Part shown: positions 8,083 to 18,606 of the stretch, piece after piece
Layout of the letters: each line of letters opens with the position of its first letter
How positions within the stretch are numbered: the first letter of the stretch is position 1
Virus record (IMG/VR): IMGVR_UViG_3300025276_000024
Span: 1 to 64,000 of that record
DNA: 64,000 nt
Origin: a virus
Direction: 5' to 3' (one strand)
Position numbers and translations under genes: made by a program
Notes under the pieces: model-generated
Told to the model about the DNA's origin: nothing
What the model saw: only the letters and a program-made list of their open reading frames with translations
Database searches by the model: none

Positions 8083-8287
8083 AGGTGGAATTTATATTCC
8101 AGAAGTAGCTAGAAAAATAGAGTACAAAGGAACAATTGTAGGTAAAGGGAAAGATGTAGATGAAATGAACATAGGAGATATGGTTCAATACACTGATCAT
8201 TGTTTACCTACTCCAATGATGCATGATGGCATAGAACATTTACTTATACAAGAAGGTGATGTCTTTGCCATTTTAGTGGATGAGTAG
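8012..8287 (+). CDS. groES: Co-chaperonin GroES (Cpn10)
   Basis: Likely start ATG 8012; IPVGKKLLIKP, mobile loop EELSKGGIYIP, GTIVGKG, IGDMVQY, LLIQEGDVFAIL. Confidence 0.92.
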   Translation: MAQKVIPVGKKLLIKPKKQEELSKGGIYIPEVARKIEYKGTIVGKGKDVDEMNIGDMVQYTDHCLPTPMMHDGIEHLLIQEGDVFAILVDE

Positions 8288-10469
8288 AGTTATACCTACA
8301 TATGAGAATGGTTCATGGTCAACAACTGAATTTGACACTGATTTAAAATTTAGAGAATATCTTGAATCTATATTTAAAGAACCAGGTGCATATAATTTTA
8401 ATGAAACTGCATTAAAGTTTAATGAGCAAGCCAGAATTTTTAATGAACAAAGTTTCTATTGTAATAGTCCATTTAGATCAAAGGACTTTATAGCTTACTG
8501 GGATGATCAAAAAATTAAATGTAGAGTAGGAGTCATATATAAAGATAAAGGGCTAGAATGGTACCTTACAAGGGATTATTACATGTGGTTAAACTTCTTA
8601 CCAATCTTTGATAAGGAAGAAAAAAAATATGGCTTTGCAAAAGTAAGAGATGCTCAGTATCATATGGCTTTATATGAAATCATTGCAGAGTTAAATAATC
8701 AACACGCAGCTATATTAAAGAAACGTCAGATAGCTTCATCATATTTTCATATGGGGAAGATTATAAATCAATACTGGTTTGAAGAAGGATCAATTTGTAA
8801 GATTGGTGCATCTTTAAAAGATTATATAAATGATAAAGGTTCATGGAAGTTTTTAGAAGAATATAAAACTTTTCTTAATGAACATACTGCATGGTACAGA
8901 CCTAGTAACCCAGAAAAAGTATTATTGTGGCAACAACAGATTGAAGTTAAAATAAATAACAGAAAAACCTCTAGAGGGCTTAAATCAAAGATTCAAGGTG
9001 CTTCATTTGAAAAGAATGCTACTACTGGGGTAGGGGGTCCATGTACATATTTCTTTCATGAGGAGGCAGGTATTGCAAAAAATATGATGCAGACATATGA
9101 GTACCTACGTCCAGCTATGTCTTCTGGAATGATGACAACAGGACAGTTTATAGCAGCTGGATCAGTTGGTGATCTGGAACAGTGTGGACCATTAAAGGAT
9201 ATGATTCTTAATCCTGGTGCAAATGATATATATGCCGTAGAAACTAACTTAATGGATGCTGATGGTACTATTGCTATGGCAGGATTATTTATTCCAGAGC
9301 AGTGGTCTATGCCACCTTTCATTGATAATTATGGTAACTCACAAATAGAAGAGGCTGTACAAGCAATTAATATTGAAAGAGATAGATGGAAGAATGAATT
9401 AAGTGGAGAACAATTTCAACTAAGGATTTCTCAAAAACCACTTAATATTGCTGAGGCATTTGCATACAGAAAAGAATCTGTATTCCCTCAAGGTATACTA
9501 AGCAAGCAAGTTAAGAGGATAGAGGAAAAAGAATATTCATATGAACTTATTGCTCTTGATAGAGATGAGACAGGTGTAATAGCTAAACGCACTAAAAAAT
9601 TACCTATCTCAACTTTTCCAGTTAGAAAAAAAGAAGTAGATAAAACAGGTACAATAGTTGTTTGGGAAAGACCAGTACCTAAACCATCATTTGGAATGTA
9701 TTATGCTTCTATTGACCCTGTGTCAGAAGGTAAAACCACAACATCTGATTCTTTGTGTAGTATTTTTGTTTATAAAAACGCAGTAGAAGTTACTAGAGAA
9801 TTACCTGGTGGTGATGTAGAGCAATTTATTGAAAAAGATAAAGTAGTTGCAGCATGGTGTGGTAGATTTGATGATATAAATAAAACGCATGAGAGGCTTG
9901 AGTTAATTATAGAATGGTATAATGCTTGGACACTTGTTGAGAATAATATATCCCTTTTTATTCAGCACATGATTGCTAGAAGAAAGCAAAGATATTTAGT
10001 TCCAAAACAACAAATATTATTCTTAAAAGATCTTGGTTCTAATAGAACTGTATATCAAGAATATGGTTGGAAGAATACAGGTACATTATTTAAAAGCCAT
10101 TTAATTTCATATGCAATAGAATTTCTAAGAGAAGTAATTGATGAAGAAACTGATACTGAAGGAAATGTAATGTCACAAACATTAGGTATATCAAGAATAC
10201 CTGATCCAATGTTATTAAAAGAAATGTTAGCATATTATCCTGGATTAAACGTGGATAGACTTGTAGCATTTGGTGCATTAGTTGCATTTGTAAAAATTCA
10301 ACAATCAAATAGAGGATATACAAAGAGACGGGAATCAGAAGGTAATTCCTTGGATAATTCAGAAAAATTGAGTAAATTAAAGTATAATGGTCCTTTTAGA
10401 AATATAGGACGTAATAGGACATTAGGTGGTTCTAAAACTAGAAGATCAGGATTCAAGAATATAAAATAG
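8280..10469 (+). CDS. terL: Terminase large subunit (crAss-like)
   Basis: Walker-A-like LKKRQIASS, Walker B FFHEEAG, nuclease motifs SIDPV..SDS, LVENN, NVDRLVA; precedes portal. Confidence 0.95.
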   Translation: MSRVIPTYENGSWSTTEFDTDLKFREYLESIFKEPGAYNFNETALKFNEQARIFNEQSFYCNSPFRSKDFIAYWDDQKIKCRVGVIYKDKGLEWYLTRDYYMWLNFLPIFDKEEKKYGFAKVRDAQYHMALYEIIAELNNQHAAILKKRQIASSYFHMGKIINQYWFEEGSICKIGASLKDYINDKGSWKFLEEYKTFLNEHTAWYRPSNPEKVLLWQQQIEVKINNRKTSRGLKSKIQGASFEKNATTGVGGPCTYFFHEEAGIAKNMMQTYEYLRPAMSSGMMTTGQFIAAGSVGDLEQCGPLKDMILNPGANDIYAVETNLMDADGTIAMAGLFIPEQWSMPPFIDNYGNSQIEEAVQAINIERDRWKNELSGEQFQLRISQKPLNIAEAFAYRKESVFPQGILSKQVKRIEEKEYSYELIALDRDETGVIAKRTKKLPISTFPVRKKEVDKTGTIVVWERPVPKPSFGMYYASIDPVSEGKTTTSDSLCSIFVYKNAVEVTRELPGGDVEQFIEKDKVVAAWCGRFDDINKTHERLELIIEWYNAWTLVENNISLFIQHMIARRKQRYLVPKQQILFLKDLGSNRTVYQEYGWKNTGTLFKSHLISYAIEFLREVIDEETDTEGNVMSQTLGISRIPDPMLLKEMLAYYPGLNVDRLVAFGALVAFVKIQQSNRGYTKRRESEGNSLDNSEKLSKLKYNGPFRNIGRNRTLGGSKTRRSGFKNIK

Positions 10470-10480
10470 AATAGACAGGT

Positions 10481-13231
10481 ATGAGAGTATTAAACGCAAT
10501 GCAAATGAAGAATGGGGCCAAAGCTGAAGGCGGGCCTACATTTTCAAGCTTAACACAGCCGGTTCAGTTCTTACCTTATAAAGAAAAAACTGATGACTGG
10601 GCTGCTTGGAATCTTGACTGGTTAGAATTACAAGGAATAGAATTTTTGCGTGTTAATTCTAGAAGACTATTAAAAAATTACAAACTTGCTAAAGGTATAA
10701 TTGATAAAACAGATTATATAGTTGAACCAGATAATGAGTATAAAGATTTAATGGATACTCTTACAACTGAAAATGAATCTGCATTAGAATTAAAGTTTTA
10801 TCCTATTGTTCCTAATGTTATAAATGTATTAACAGGAGAGTTTGCAAAGAGATATTCTAAAGTACAATTTAGAGCAGTTGATGATGCATCTTACAATGAG
10901 ATGTTAGATCAAAAGAAAGTACAAATAGAAGAAGCTCTTTTATCAGATGCAGAAGCTAATCTAGTTAGAAAGATGATTGAAATGGGTATGGACCCAGGAT
11001 CTGAAGAAGCACAACAACAATTATCACCAGAGGGATTAAAATCTTTACCACAAATAGAAGACTTCTTTAGTAAGTCTTATAGAAGTATGGTAGAGGAATG
11101 GGCATCACATCAACTTGCAGTAGATGAAGAAAGATTTCATATGCAAGAACTTGAAGAAAGAGGATTTAGAGATATGCTTATAGCAGATAGAGAATTCTGG
11201 CATTTCCGTATGTTAGAAGATGACTATGACATTGAACTTTGGAATCCAGTATTAACTTTCTATCAAAAATCTCCAGATCAAAGATATATTGCTGATTCAA
11301 ATTACGCAGGTAAAGTTGATCTAATGACTGTGTCAGATGTAGTAGACAGATACGGATATCTAATGGATAGTAAACAATTAGAATCTTTACAAAAGATATA
11401 TCCTGCTAGATCAGCACAGTATCAAGTAAATGGTTACCAAAATGACGGAGCCTATTATGATGCTACAAGATCTCATGAATGGAATACCAATGCACCTGGT
11501 TTAGCATACAGACAATTTACTAGTAACTATCACAATGATCCAGCTAATGGTGGTGATATTTTAAGTGAGATACTAGATGAAAATGAAGATGTATCTATGT
11601 GGGGAGAAGGCAATTTAATGAGAGTTGCTACAATCTATTGGAAGACACAAAGAAAAGTTGGGCACTTAACTAAGATTGAAGATGATGGTGAAGTAACTCA
11701 AGAAATTATTGATGAAACATTTAAGAAGACAAAGAAAGCTGTTTATGATACATCAATATTTAAACAAAAAAATAAAGAGACATTATTAGAAGGAGAACAT
11801 ATTGACTGGATTTGGATTAATGAAGTTTGGGGTGGTGTAAAAATTGGACCAAACTTACCTGCAATGTGGCAATCCACAATGGGAGATAACATCAATCCAA
11901 TATATATAGGTATTAATAGAACTAAACCAGGTAGATTACCATTTCAATTTAAAGGGGAGACTTCTTTATATGGATGTAAATTACCTGTAGAAGGTAGAGT
12001 ATTTTCTGATAGAAATACTAGATCTACTTCATTAGTTGATCTAATGAAAGCGTATCAAGTTGGGTACAATATGGTTAATAATCAAATTGCAGACATTCTG
12101 ATAGATGAATTAGGAACAGTAATAATGTTTGATCAAAATGCTTTACCACGTCATTCTATGGGTGAGGATTGGGGCAAAAACAATTATGCCAAAGCATATG
12201 TAGCAATGAAAGATTTTCAAATGCTACCATTAGATACTTCAATTACTAATACTGAGAATGCCACCAACTTCAATCACTACCAGACTCTAAATATGGAGCA
12301 AACTAGTAGATTAATGTCAAGGATTCAATTAGCTAATTACTTTAAACAACAATGTTTTGATGCTATAGGAATCAACCCACAACGTTTAGGAGGAGCTGTA
12401 TCAGCTCAAACGGCAACTGGTGTAGTACAAGCTATGCAACAATCATATGCTCAAACAGAAATGTATTTTGTACAACACTCAGATCACTTGATGCCACGTA
12501 TACATCAAATGAGAACAGACTTAGCTCAATATTATTATAGCACTAATCCTAGTATTAGGTTACAATATATTTCTACAGAGGCTGAGAAAGTTAATTTTAC
12601 AATTAACGGAACAGATTTATTACTTAGAGACTTTAATGTATTTGCAACAACTAAGACTAATCATAGAGCAATCTTAGAAAACTTAAAGCAAATGGCCCTA
12701 ACAAATAATACTTCAGGTGCAAGTATATATGAATTAGGAAATATAGTTAAAGCGGACTCAATTGCAGAAGTATCTGATATCTTAAAAGATTCTGAAACTA
12801 GAATTCAGAAACAAAGAGAACAAGATATGCAGCAGCAACGTCAAATGCAGGAACAACAACTTCAAGCTAAAGCTCAAGAAGAGCAACAAAAGCTACAAGT
12901 TGAAATGACTGAGAATGATAAAGATAGGAAAAATGATGTCCTATTAGCAGAAATTAGATCAGCAGGATATGGATCTATGGTTGATTTAAATGAAAATAAA
13001 CAATCTGATTATCAAGATGCTATGAAGGATATTAAAGAAACCACACAGTATAGAGAACAGATGAATTTTAAACGTCAAGAAAGTGCTACTAAATCAGCAC
13101 AAGAGAATAATAGATTGACTGTTGAAAGAGAAAAGATTGCTGCTTCAAGACAAATTGCTGACACTAAACTTCAAATTGCAAAAGAGAACAAAAACAAGTA
13201 TGATATTAAAAATCCAAAGGATAAAAAGTAA
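10481..13231 (+). CDS. Portal protein
   Basis: 916 aa between terL and scaffold/MCP; YPIVPNVINVLTGE, WINEVWGG, SLVDLMK.YQ, GINPQRLG; coiled-coil barrel tail. Confidence 0.92.
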   Translation: MRVLNAMQMKNGAKAEGGPTFSSLTQPVQFLPYKEKTDDWAAWNLDWLELQGIEFLRVNSRRLLKNYKLAKGIIDKTDYIVEPDNEYKDLMDTLTTENESALELKFYPIVPNVINVLTGEFAKRYSKVQFRAVDDASYNEMLDQKKVQIEEALLSDAEANLVRKMIEMGMDPGSEEAQQQLSPEGLKSLPQIEDFFSKSYRSMVEEWASHQLAVDEERFHMQELEERGFRDMLIADREFWHFRMLEDDYDIELWNPVLTFYQKSPDQRYIADSNYAGKVDLMTVSDVVDRYGYLMDSKQLESLQKIYPARSAQYQVNGYQNDGAYYDATRSHEWNTNAPGLAYRQFTSNYHNDPANGGDILSEILDENEDVSMWGEGNLMRVATIYWKTQRKVGHLTKIEDDGEVTQEIIDETFKKTKKAVYDTSIFKQKNKETLLEGEHIDWIWINEVWGGVKIGPNLPAMWQSTMGDNINPIYIGINRTKPGRLPFQFKGETSLYGCKLPVEGRVFSDRNTRSTSLVDLMKAYQVGYNMVNNQIADILIDELGTVIMFDQNALPRHSMGEDWGKNNYAKAYVAMKDFQMLPLDTSITNTENATNFNHYQTLNMEQTSRLMSRIQLANYFKQQCFDAIGINPQRLGGAVSAQTATGVVQAMQQSYAQTEMYFVQHSDHLMPRIHQMRTDLAQYYYSTNPSIRLQYISTEAEKVNFTINGTDLLLRDFNVFATTKTNHRAILENLKQMALTNNTSGASIYELGNIVKADSIAEVSDILKDSETRIQKQREQDMQQQRQMQEQQLQAKAQEEQQKLQVEMTENDKDRKNDVLLAEIRSAGYGSMVDLNENKQSDYQDAMKDIKETTQYREQMNFKRQESATKSAQENNRLTVEREKIAASRQIADTKLQIAKENKNKYDIKNPKDKK

Positions 13232-13360
13232 GCGTTAGCTATATACTGCAAAAAACTTTCACTTTTATTAAAATTTTTTAAGTTTAACTTGCTAATATAT
13301 TCTAAAAGATTTCCTATATTATATATGTAAGAAGTATTAATATTAAAACCAACAAATATT

Positions 13361-14671
13361 ATGAGTACAATAACAGAAACAAAGCCTGTGAAAAGTAAGG
13401 TAGAACAAAACGTAGAAGTAAATTTAGATGAAATATTCAACGCTGCTCCAAGTGGTGCTGATATGATTCAGGATAATAAGTCTCAAGCAAAAAATATTTT
13501 TTCTGGATTAAATGAAAAAGCTGATATGAGTTTTGCTGATCCTGATAAAGATGATGCTACAGATGTTTTAGCTAAATCAGAGGAAAAAGAAGAATCAGAA
13601 ACTGAAAATGTATCTGATGAAACAGTAGAAGAAAAAGAAACTTCTAAGGATGATGTAGAAGAAATCTTTGGTGAATTAGGTTCTGAAGAACTAACTGAAG
13701 AAGAAGATACTAAAGAAAAAAGAGGTAGAAAATCAATTGATGGTATCTCAGATGTATTTAGTAAGTTGATTAAAGAGGACAAGATTGTACCTTTTGATGA
13801 TGATAAAGAACTTGCAGATTACTCTGCTAAAGATTGGGAAGAGTTAATTCAAGCTAATTTAGATGAAAAAGCTAGACAAGTAAGAAGTGAAACACCAAAA
13901 CAATTTTTCAACAGTCTACCACAAGAACTTCAAATAGCTGCAAAATATGTTGCTGATGGAGGTAAAGATCTAAAAGGATTATTTACTACTCTTGGTCAAG
14001 TAGAAGAAACAAAAACTATAGATTCTAAATCAGTTCAAGGACAGGAGAGAATCATTACTGAATACTTAAGTGCTACTGGATATGGTACTGCTGAAGACAT
14101 TCAAGAAGAAATAGAAATTTGGAAAGACTTAGGTAAGCTTGAAACACAGGCTAATAAGTTTAAACCAAAATTAGATAAGATGCAGGAAAAGGTTGTTGCA
14201 CAAAAACTTCAAGAGCAAGAGCTTAAGAAGAAGCAACAAGAAAATGCATCTCAAGCATACATGAAAAATGTATATGAAACATTAAAAGAAGGTAAATTAG
14301 GTGATCTTAAAGTAGATAGAAAGACTCAAGCTATGTTATATAATGGCTTAGTTCAACCAAATTACCCATCAGTAAGTGGACGTAATACTAATCTATTAGG
14401 ACACCTGCTTGAAAAATATCAATTTGTTGAACCAAATTATTCATTAATATCTGAAGCACTGTGGCTATTACAAGATCCATCAGGATATAAAGCTAAGATA
14501 ATGGATAAAGGTGCACAAAAAAGTGTTGAGAAAACGGTTAGAAAATTAAAAAGTGAACAATCAAATGTAGGAGGTGCGTCATTAGGAGTAAATGAAGCTG
14601 AAAAAGAGAATACAAAAAGAAGTTCAAAAAGAAAGATTCAAAGACCAACCAACATATTTAAACGAATTTAA
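13361..14671 (+). CDS. Capsid scaffolding protein (crAss gene-77-like)
   Basis: Highly acidic N-half, coiled coil, basic C-end; between portal and MCP. Confidence 0.75.
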   Translation: MSTITETKPVKSKVEQNVEVNLDEIFNAAPSGADMIQDNKSQAKNIFSGLNEKADMSFADPDKDDATDVLAKSEEKEESETENVSDETVEEKETSKDDVEEIFGELGSEELTEEEDTKEKRGRKSIDGISDVFSKLIKEDKIVPFDDDKELADYSAKDWEELIQANLDEKARQVRSETPKQFFNSLPQELQIAAKYVADGGKDLKGLFTTLGQVEETKTIDSKSVQGQERIITEYLSATGYGTAEDIQEEIEIWKDLGKLETQANKFKPKLDKMQEKVVAQKLQEQELKKKQQENASQAYMKNVYETLKEGKLGDLKVDRKTQAMLYNGLVQPNYPSVSGRNTNLLGHLLEKYQFVEPNYSLISEALWLLQDPSGYKAKIMDKGAQKSVEKTVRKLKSEQSNVGGASLGVNEAEKENTKRSSKRKIQRPTNIFKRI

Positions 14672-14731
14672 TTAGAAGTAAATTAAATATAAACAGTAAA
14701 TTAATTATTAACAACAAAAACAATCAAAATT

Positions 14732-16351
14732 ATGGCAACTCCAGTTTTAAATAATGGGATTTTCCTACGTGATACAAGCTACAAAGCAAGTTCACATGTT
14801 GATTCTTATCACCTAACCCAAATGCTTGGTAACCCTGAGCCTATGGATATGGGACCAATTGATCTATGGGCTATGACCCAAAAGGTAGAAATGCCTTTGT
14901 ATCAAATGGCTTCATTCGGTGGAAAGAATACAATCATGGTGGATAACGCTAGAGGTGAGTACAAGTGGCAAACTCCTATTGCACAAGATCTTCCCTACAT
15001 TGTAGCGGATATTGAACCAGGATCATCTAACAAAGGTGTAGACGGTACAACATTTAAGATCAAAATTAACAAGAGGACTTTTGGACATGGTGACATTATT
15101 ACTTATGATAAGTATAATGGACTAGAACTTTACATCACTGCGGATGATATTATCCCAGCAGGTGACGGTTTTGTATACACTGTTCAATTAGTAAACAACA
15201 ACAATGCAGCTATCTTGGATAACAAGTATTTAGCTAAAGGTACAAAGTTCTTCAGAAAAGGTTCTGCAAGAGGTGAGTACGGAGAAAGATTCTCTGACAT
15301 TGAAACAGGTTCTGGTTTCCGTGAATTCTACAACTTTGTAGGAGGAGCAGAAGCACATGTACACTATTCAATTTCTTCAAGAGCAGATTTAATGATCAAA
15401 GGCGGATTAAACGCTGATGGTACTGTACCTGTTACTGAAATTTGGAGAAACTTTAATACAGATCCAAACAATCCATCAGTACCTAGTATTGAAGGACTTG
15501 TTGCAAACATGGGTAAAGCTGGTGCTAGAGAAGCATTTGAAAATGGAACTCTTACAAGAACTTTCATTACAAATATGGAAGCAGCTCACTTATCTAAAAT
15601 TGCTACGGATATTGAAACTTACCTAATGTGGGGTAAAGGTGGTAGAATTAAACAAGATGGACCGGATGATATTAGATTATCTGTAGGTTTATGGTCACAG
15701 TTAGATAACTCTTTCAAAAGAGTATATAACAAGTCATCATTTACTCTTGACATGTTTAAGTCTGAACTTTACAACTTCTACCAAGGTAAAGTTGAATTTA
15801 AAGGGCCAGACCCACAAAGATCACTTGTTGTACAAACAGGTATTGGAGGTATGCAACTTATCAACAAAGCAATTGCTGATGAAGTGTATGGTTCAGGTCT
15901 AGTTCAAAATGCATCTGATATTGGAGCTGTTAAAGGTTCAGGTATGGATTTAGATTATGGTTTTGCTTACACAAGCTTTACTATTCCTTTCTTAGCTAAC
16001 GTTAAGTTTGTACTAAACCCAGCATTTGATAACTTAAACACAAATGACATTGAGAATCCATTAATTGATGGAAGACCTCTAAGTTCATTTAGCTTTATTA
16101 TCTTTGACGTAACTGATGAAGGAAATGACAACATTCACTTGTTGAAACTTTCTTGGGATAATCAACTTAAGTGGTTCTACCAAAATGGTACTATGGACTA
16201 CATGGGAAGAACTCAAGGGTTTGCATCTACTGGTCAGTTTAATGGATACAGAGTTTATATGACTCAAACCATGCCAGCTATCTGGGTTAAGGATCCAACT
16301 AAAGTTCTTAAAATTGTAATGAGAAATCCTATCACAGGAGGATCATTCTAG
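14732..16351 (+). CDS. Major capsid protein
   Basis: 539 aa, conserved position, E.YLMWG..GLW.QL, TG.GG motifs, terminator downstream. Confidence 0.92.
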   Translation: MATPVLNNGIFLRDTSYKASSHVDSYHLTQMLGNPEPMDMGPIDLWAMTQKVEMPLYQMASFGGKNTIMVDNARGEYKWQTPIAQDLPYIVADIEPGSSNKGVDGTTFKIKINKRTFGHGDIITYDKYNGLELYITADDIIPAGDGFVYTVQLVNNNNAAILDNKYLAKGTKFFRKGSARGEYGERFSDIETGSGFREFYNFVGGAEAHVHYSISSRADLMIKGGLNADGTVPVTEIWRNFNTDPNNPSVPSIEGLVANMGKAGAREAFENGTLTRTFITNMEAAHLSKIATDIETYLMWGKGGRIKQDGPDDIRLSVGLWSQLDNSFKRVYNKSSFTLDMFKSELYNFYQGKVEFKGPDPQRSLVVQTGIGGMQLINKAIADEVYGSGLVQNASDIGAVKGSGMDLDYGFAYTSFTIPFLANVKFVLNPAFDNLNTNDIENPLIDGRPLSSFSFIIFDVTDEGNDNIHLLKLSWDNQLKWFYQNGTMDYMGRTQGFASTGQFNGYRVYMTQTMPAIWVKDPTKVLKIVMRNPITGGSF

Positions 16352-16362
16352 GAACTATAATT

Positions 16363-16400
16363 AAAGGGGAGGCAGGTCAAACTTCCTCCCTTTTTATTTT
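16363..16400 (+). terminator. Intrinsic terminator after MCP
   Basis: GGGGAGG..CCTCCCT stem + T tract. Confidence 0.85.
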
Positions 16401-16420
16401 TAATCTTTAAAACAAATAAA

Positions 16421-16618
16421 ATGGGACTAGATATAAAATTAGCAAATAAAACATATGAATTTTCAAATTCAAGTGTGTCTAAAATAATCTCTTCAAAATC
16501 TGTTGGGAAAGATATATTAGTCAGAGACTATGCAAATAATGCTGCAGCAAAAGCAGCAGGTTTAGTTAAAGGTGATCTATATCATTCCACAGGAGATTTG
16601 AAGGTTGTAGTAGAATAA
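16421..16618 (+). CDS. Small head decoration/fibre-knob-like protein
   Basis: DYANNAAAKAAGLVKGDLYH resembles a short trimeric fibre module; follows MCP. Confidence 0.6.
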   Translation: MGLDIKLANKTYEFSNSSVSKIISSKSVGKDILVRDYANNAAAKAAGLVKGDLYHSTGDLKVVVE

Positions 16619-16737
16619 AAGTCAAAAACTTTAGCAAGGGTAAAACCTTGCTATTAGAAATATTAGTAATAATAGATTATGCATTACGGTGCATTATTTG
16701 ACTAGAGTAATAATTATTAATTTTTAAAAACCAAAAA

Positions 16738-17757
16738 ATGGAAGATTACACAATTGTTGAAAAGTATCAACAACAAAAAAAGAATAGCACAATTGCTATA
16801 CGCCCTTATTTTAATCCAAACAAGGAAAATATGGGATTAGAAACATATGGGTTATCATTACATGATGGAGTATTTCATCAAGAATCTTTAGCATGTTTAG
16901 AGATGAACGGAGTAAAAAGGTATATAACTGGATTAAATGAATTTGATCCTAAAGTTAAATTACTACCTCCTAAAGAAAAGAAAAAGAAAATTGCAGAGAT
17001 CAGACAAGTTGTTTCTGAACTTGAAGCAGAATTGGCAGCTAACGTTGTTGATCCTAATGATAAAGATTTTTGGAACAAGCTTACTGTAATGAAGCCAGAT
17101 AATTCTAAATTTTGGGATAAGATTTCATTAAGATGTGGTAATGACCCAGTATTTTTAGATGCTGATGTTGATCCATATGATAAAATTAAGTTATATGCTA
17201 TAAAAGCAGGAGGATTTTCTATTGTTGCTGGATCATTGAAAGATGCTAAGACTTCTCAAAATAGTCCTAAATTTTATTTAGATACTGTACAGGAAACTCT
17301 TACAACAAGAACTGAACAAACTAAATTAAAGAATAAAGCTTTATCTGCTTTACAAACTTTGTTTGATAGTAACCCTACCAAACTTATGTATGTTTCTAAA
17401 GTAGCTGATGTAGATAGTGTACAGTATACTAAGAATACTCCTAATGATGTTATGTATGAAAATATGGATACATACATAAATGGTAATGGAGGTGAGTCAA
17501 ATAAAAAGAGAGCTGCTCAGCAGTTCCTTGATGTTTCTCAATTAGATATGGAAGAATTAAAAATTAGAGCATTAATCAAGGATGGTTTATATTATAGATT
17601 TATAACTACAAAAGCTGGTGGATGGATTGAGCCAATTGATAGTGGTATTAGAATGGGTAAAAGACCATCTGAAGTTCTTGAGTTTTTGCAAAAACCTAAC
17701 AATGAAGAAGAATTACTTTCTTTGTTAGATAAAGTTGAACCATATTGGAATTCATAA
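16738..17757 (+). CDS. Conserved capsid-module protein (crAss gene-75-like)
   Basis: 339 aa; RYITGLNE, FWDK..L, position after MCP. Confidence 0.7.
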   Translation: MEDYTIVEKYQQQKKNSTIAIRPYFNPNKENMGLETYGLSLHDGVFHQESLACLEMNGVKRYITGLNEFDPKVKLLPPKEKKKKIAEIRQVVSELEAELAANVVDPNDKDFWNKLTVMKPDNSKFWDKISLRCGNDPVFLDADVDPYDKIKLYAIKAGGFSIVAGSLKDAKTSQNSPKFYLDTVQETLTTRTEQTKLKNKALSALQTLFDSNPTKLMYVSKVADVDSVQYTKNTPNDVMYENMDTYINGNGGESNKKRAAQQFLDVSQLDMEELKIRALIKDGLYYRFITTKAGGWIEPIDSGIRMGKRPSEVLEFLQKPNNEEELLSLLDKVEPYWNS

Positions 17758-17769
17758 ATATTATTAATA

Positions 17770-18477
17770 ATGGAAAATAGTACACTCTTAATTAAATTAA
17801 AACAAAGGCTAAATAAATTAGATAGCAATGACTATGATAATATAGAAACATGGCAATTTGTTGAGGCTTTTAATAAAGCACAAATAGAGTGGTGTAGAAG
17901 AAATCTGCATGGAGGTAATATGTATAAAGAAGGGGATGAGTTATCTAAAAAAAGAATAGATGATTTACAACCTTTACTTAGAGAACTAACTTTAACAGGA
18001 ATAGTTACAGATACATATTTCCAATCAAATAATTTTCCAGTTGATACTTATTTAGAATACAAGACAGTAACAACAGATGCAAATCAAGAATGTTGTCCTG
18101 AGCCAAGATCAATGACAGTATATTTAGCTGAAGAGGCTAATGTATCATTGTTAATGAGAGATCCTTTAAAGAATCCTGATTTTGAATGGGGAGAAACATT
18201 CTGCACAATGCTCAATAATACTATAAGAATATACAGGAATAGCAATTTTAATATTGTTAATCCTGTATTAACTTATTATCAGAAGCCTACTTTAATACAA
18301 GTCTTGGGTTCAGTTAATCCATATACAGGAACAGTTAGTACTGTAAATGTAAACTCTGAATTTAAAGATGATTTAGTTGAAGTAATGTTAGATGATACAG
18401 CTGCACTTATGGCTGGTGACATAGAAAACATGTACCAAGCCCAAAGAGGAACACAGGCAGCAGAAAGAAATAATTAA
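17770..18477 (+). CDS. Ring/head-tail adaptor protein (crAss gene-74-like)
   Basis: LNKLDSN..FNKAQ..KRIDDLQPL..LTYYQKP pattern. Confidence 0.75.
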   Translation: MENSTLLIKLKQRLNKLDSNDYDNIETWQFVEAFNKAQIEWCRRNLHGGNMYKEGDELSKKRIDDLQPLLRELTLTGIVTDTYFQSNNFPVDTYLEYKTVTTDANQECCPEPRSMTVYLAEEANVSLLMRDPLKNPDFEWGETFCTMLNNTIRIYRNSNFNIVNPVLTYYQKPTLIQVLGSVNPYTGTVSTVNVNSEFKDDLVEVMLDDTAALMAGDIENMYQAQRGTQAAERNN

Positions 18478-18502
18478 TATATTAAGAAATGTTGTTTGTT
18501 TT

Positions 18503-18513
18503 TTTGTATATTA
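18503..18513 (+). promoter_or_regulatory. TTTGTATATTA motif (candidate late promoter)
   Basis: Exact intergenic copies at 18503, 20195, 31617, 49607. Confidence 0.65.
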
Positions 18514-18606
18514 TTATAGTAACAAGGAAGTTACGCACAGAGTAAACTGTTAAAATCTTTTTTTATAACCAGAGGGGGTAATGGTCCTCTCACAAATTAA
18601 TAAATT

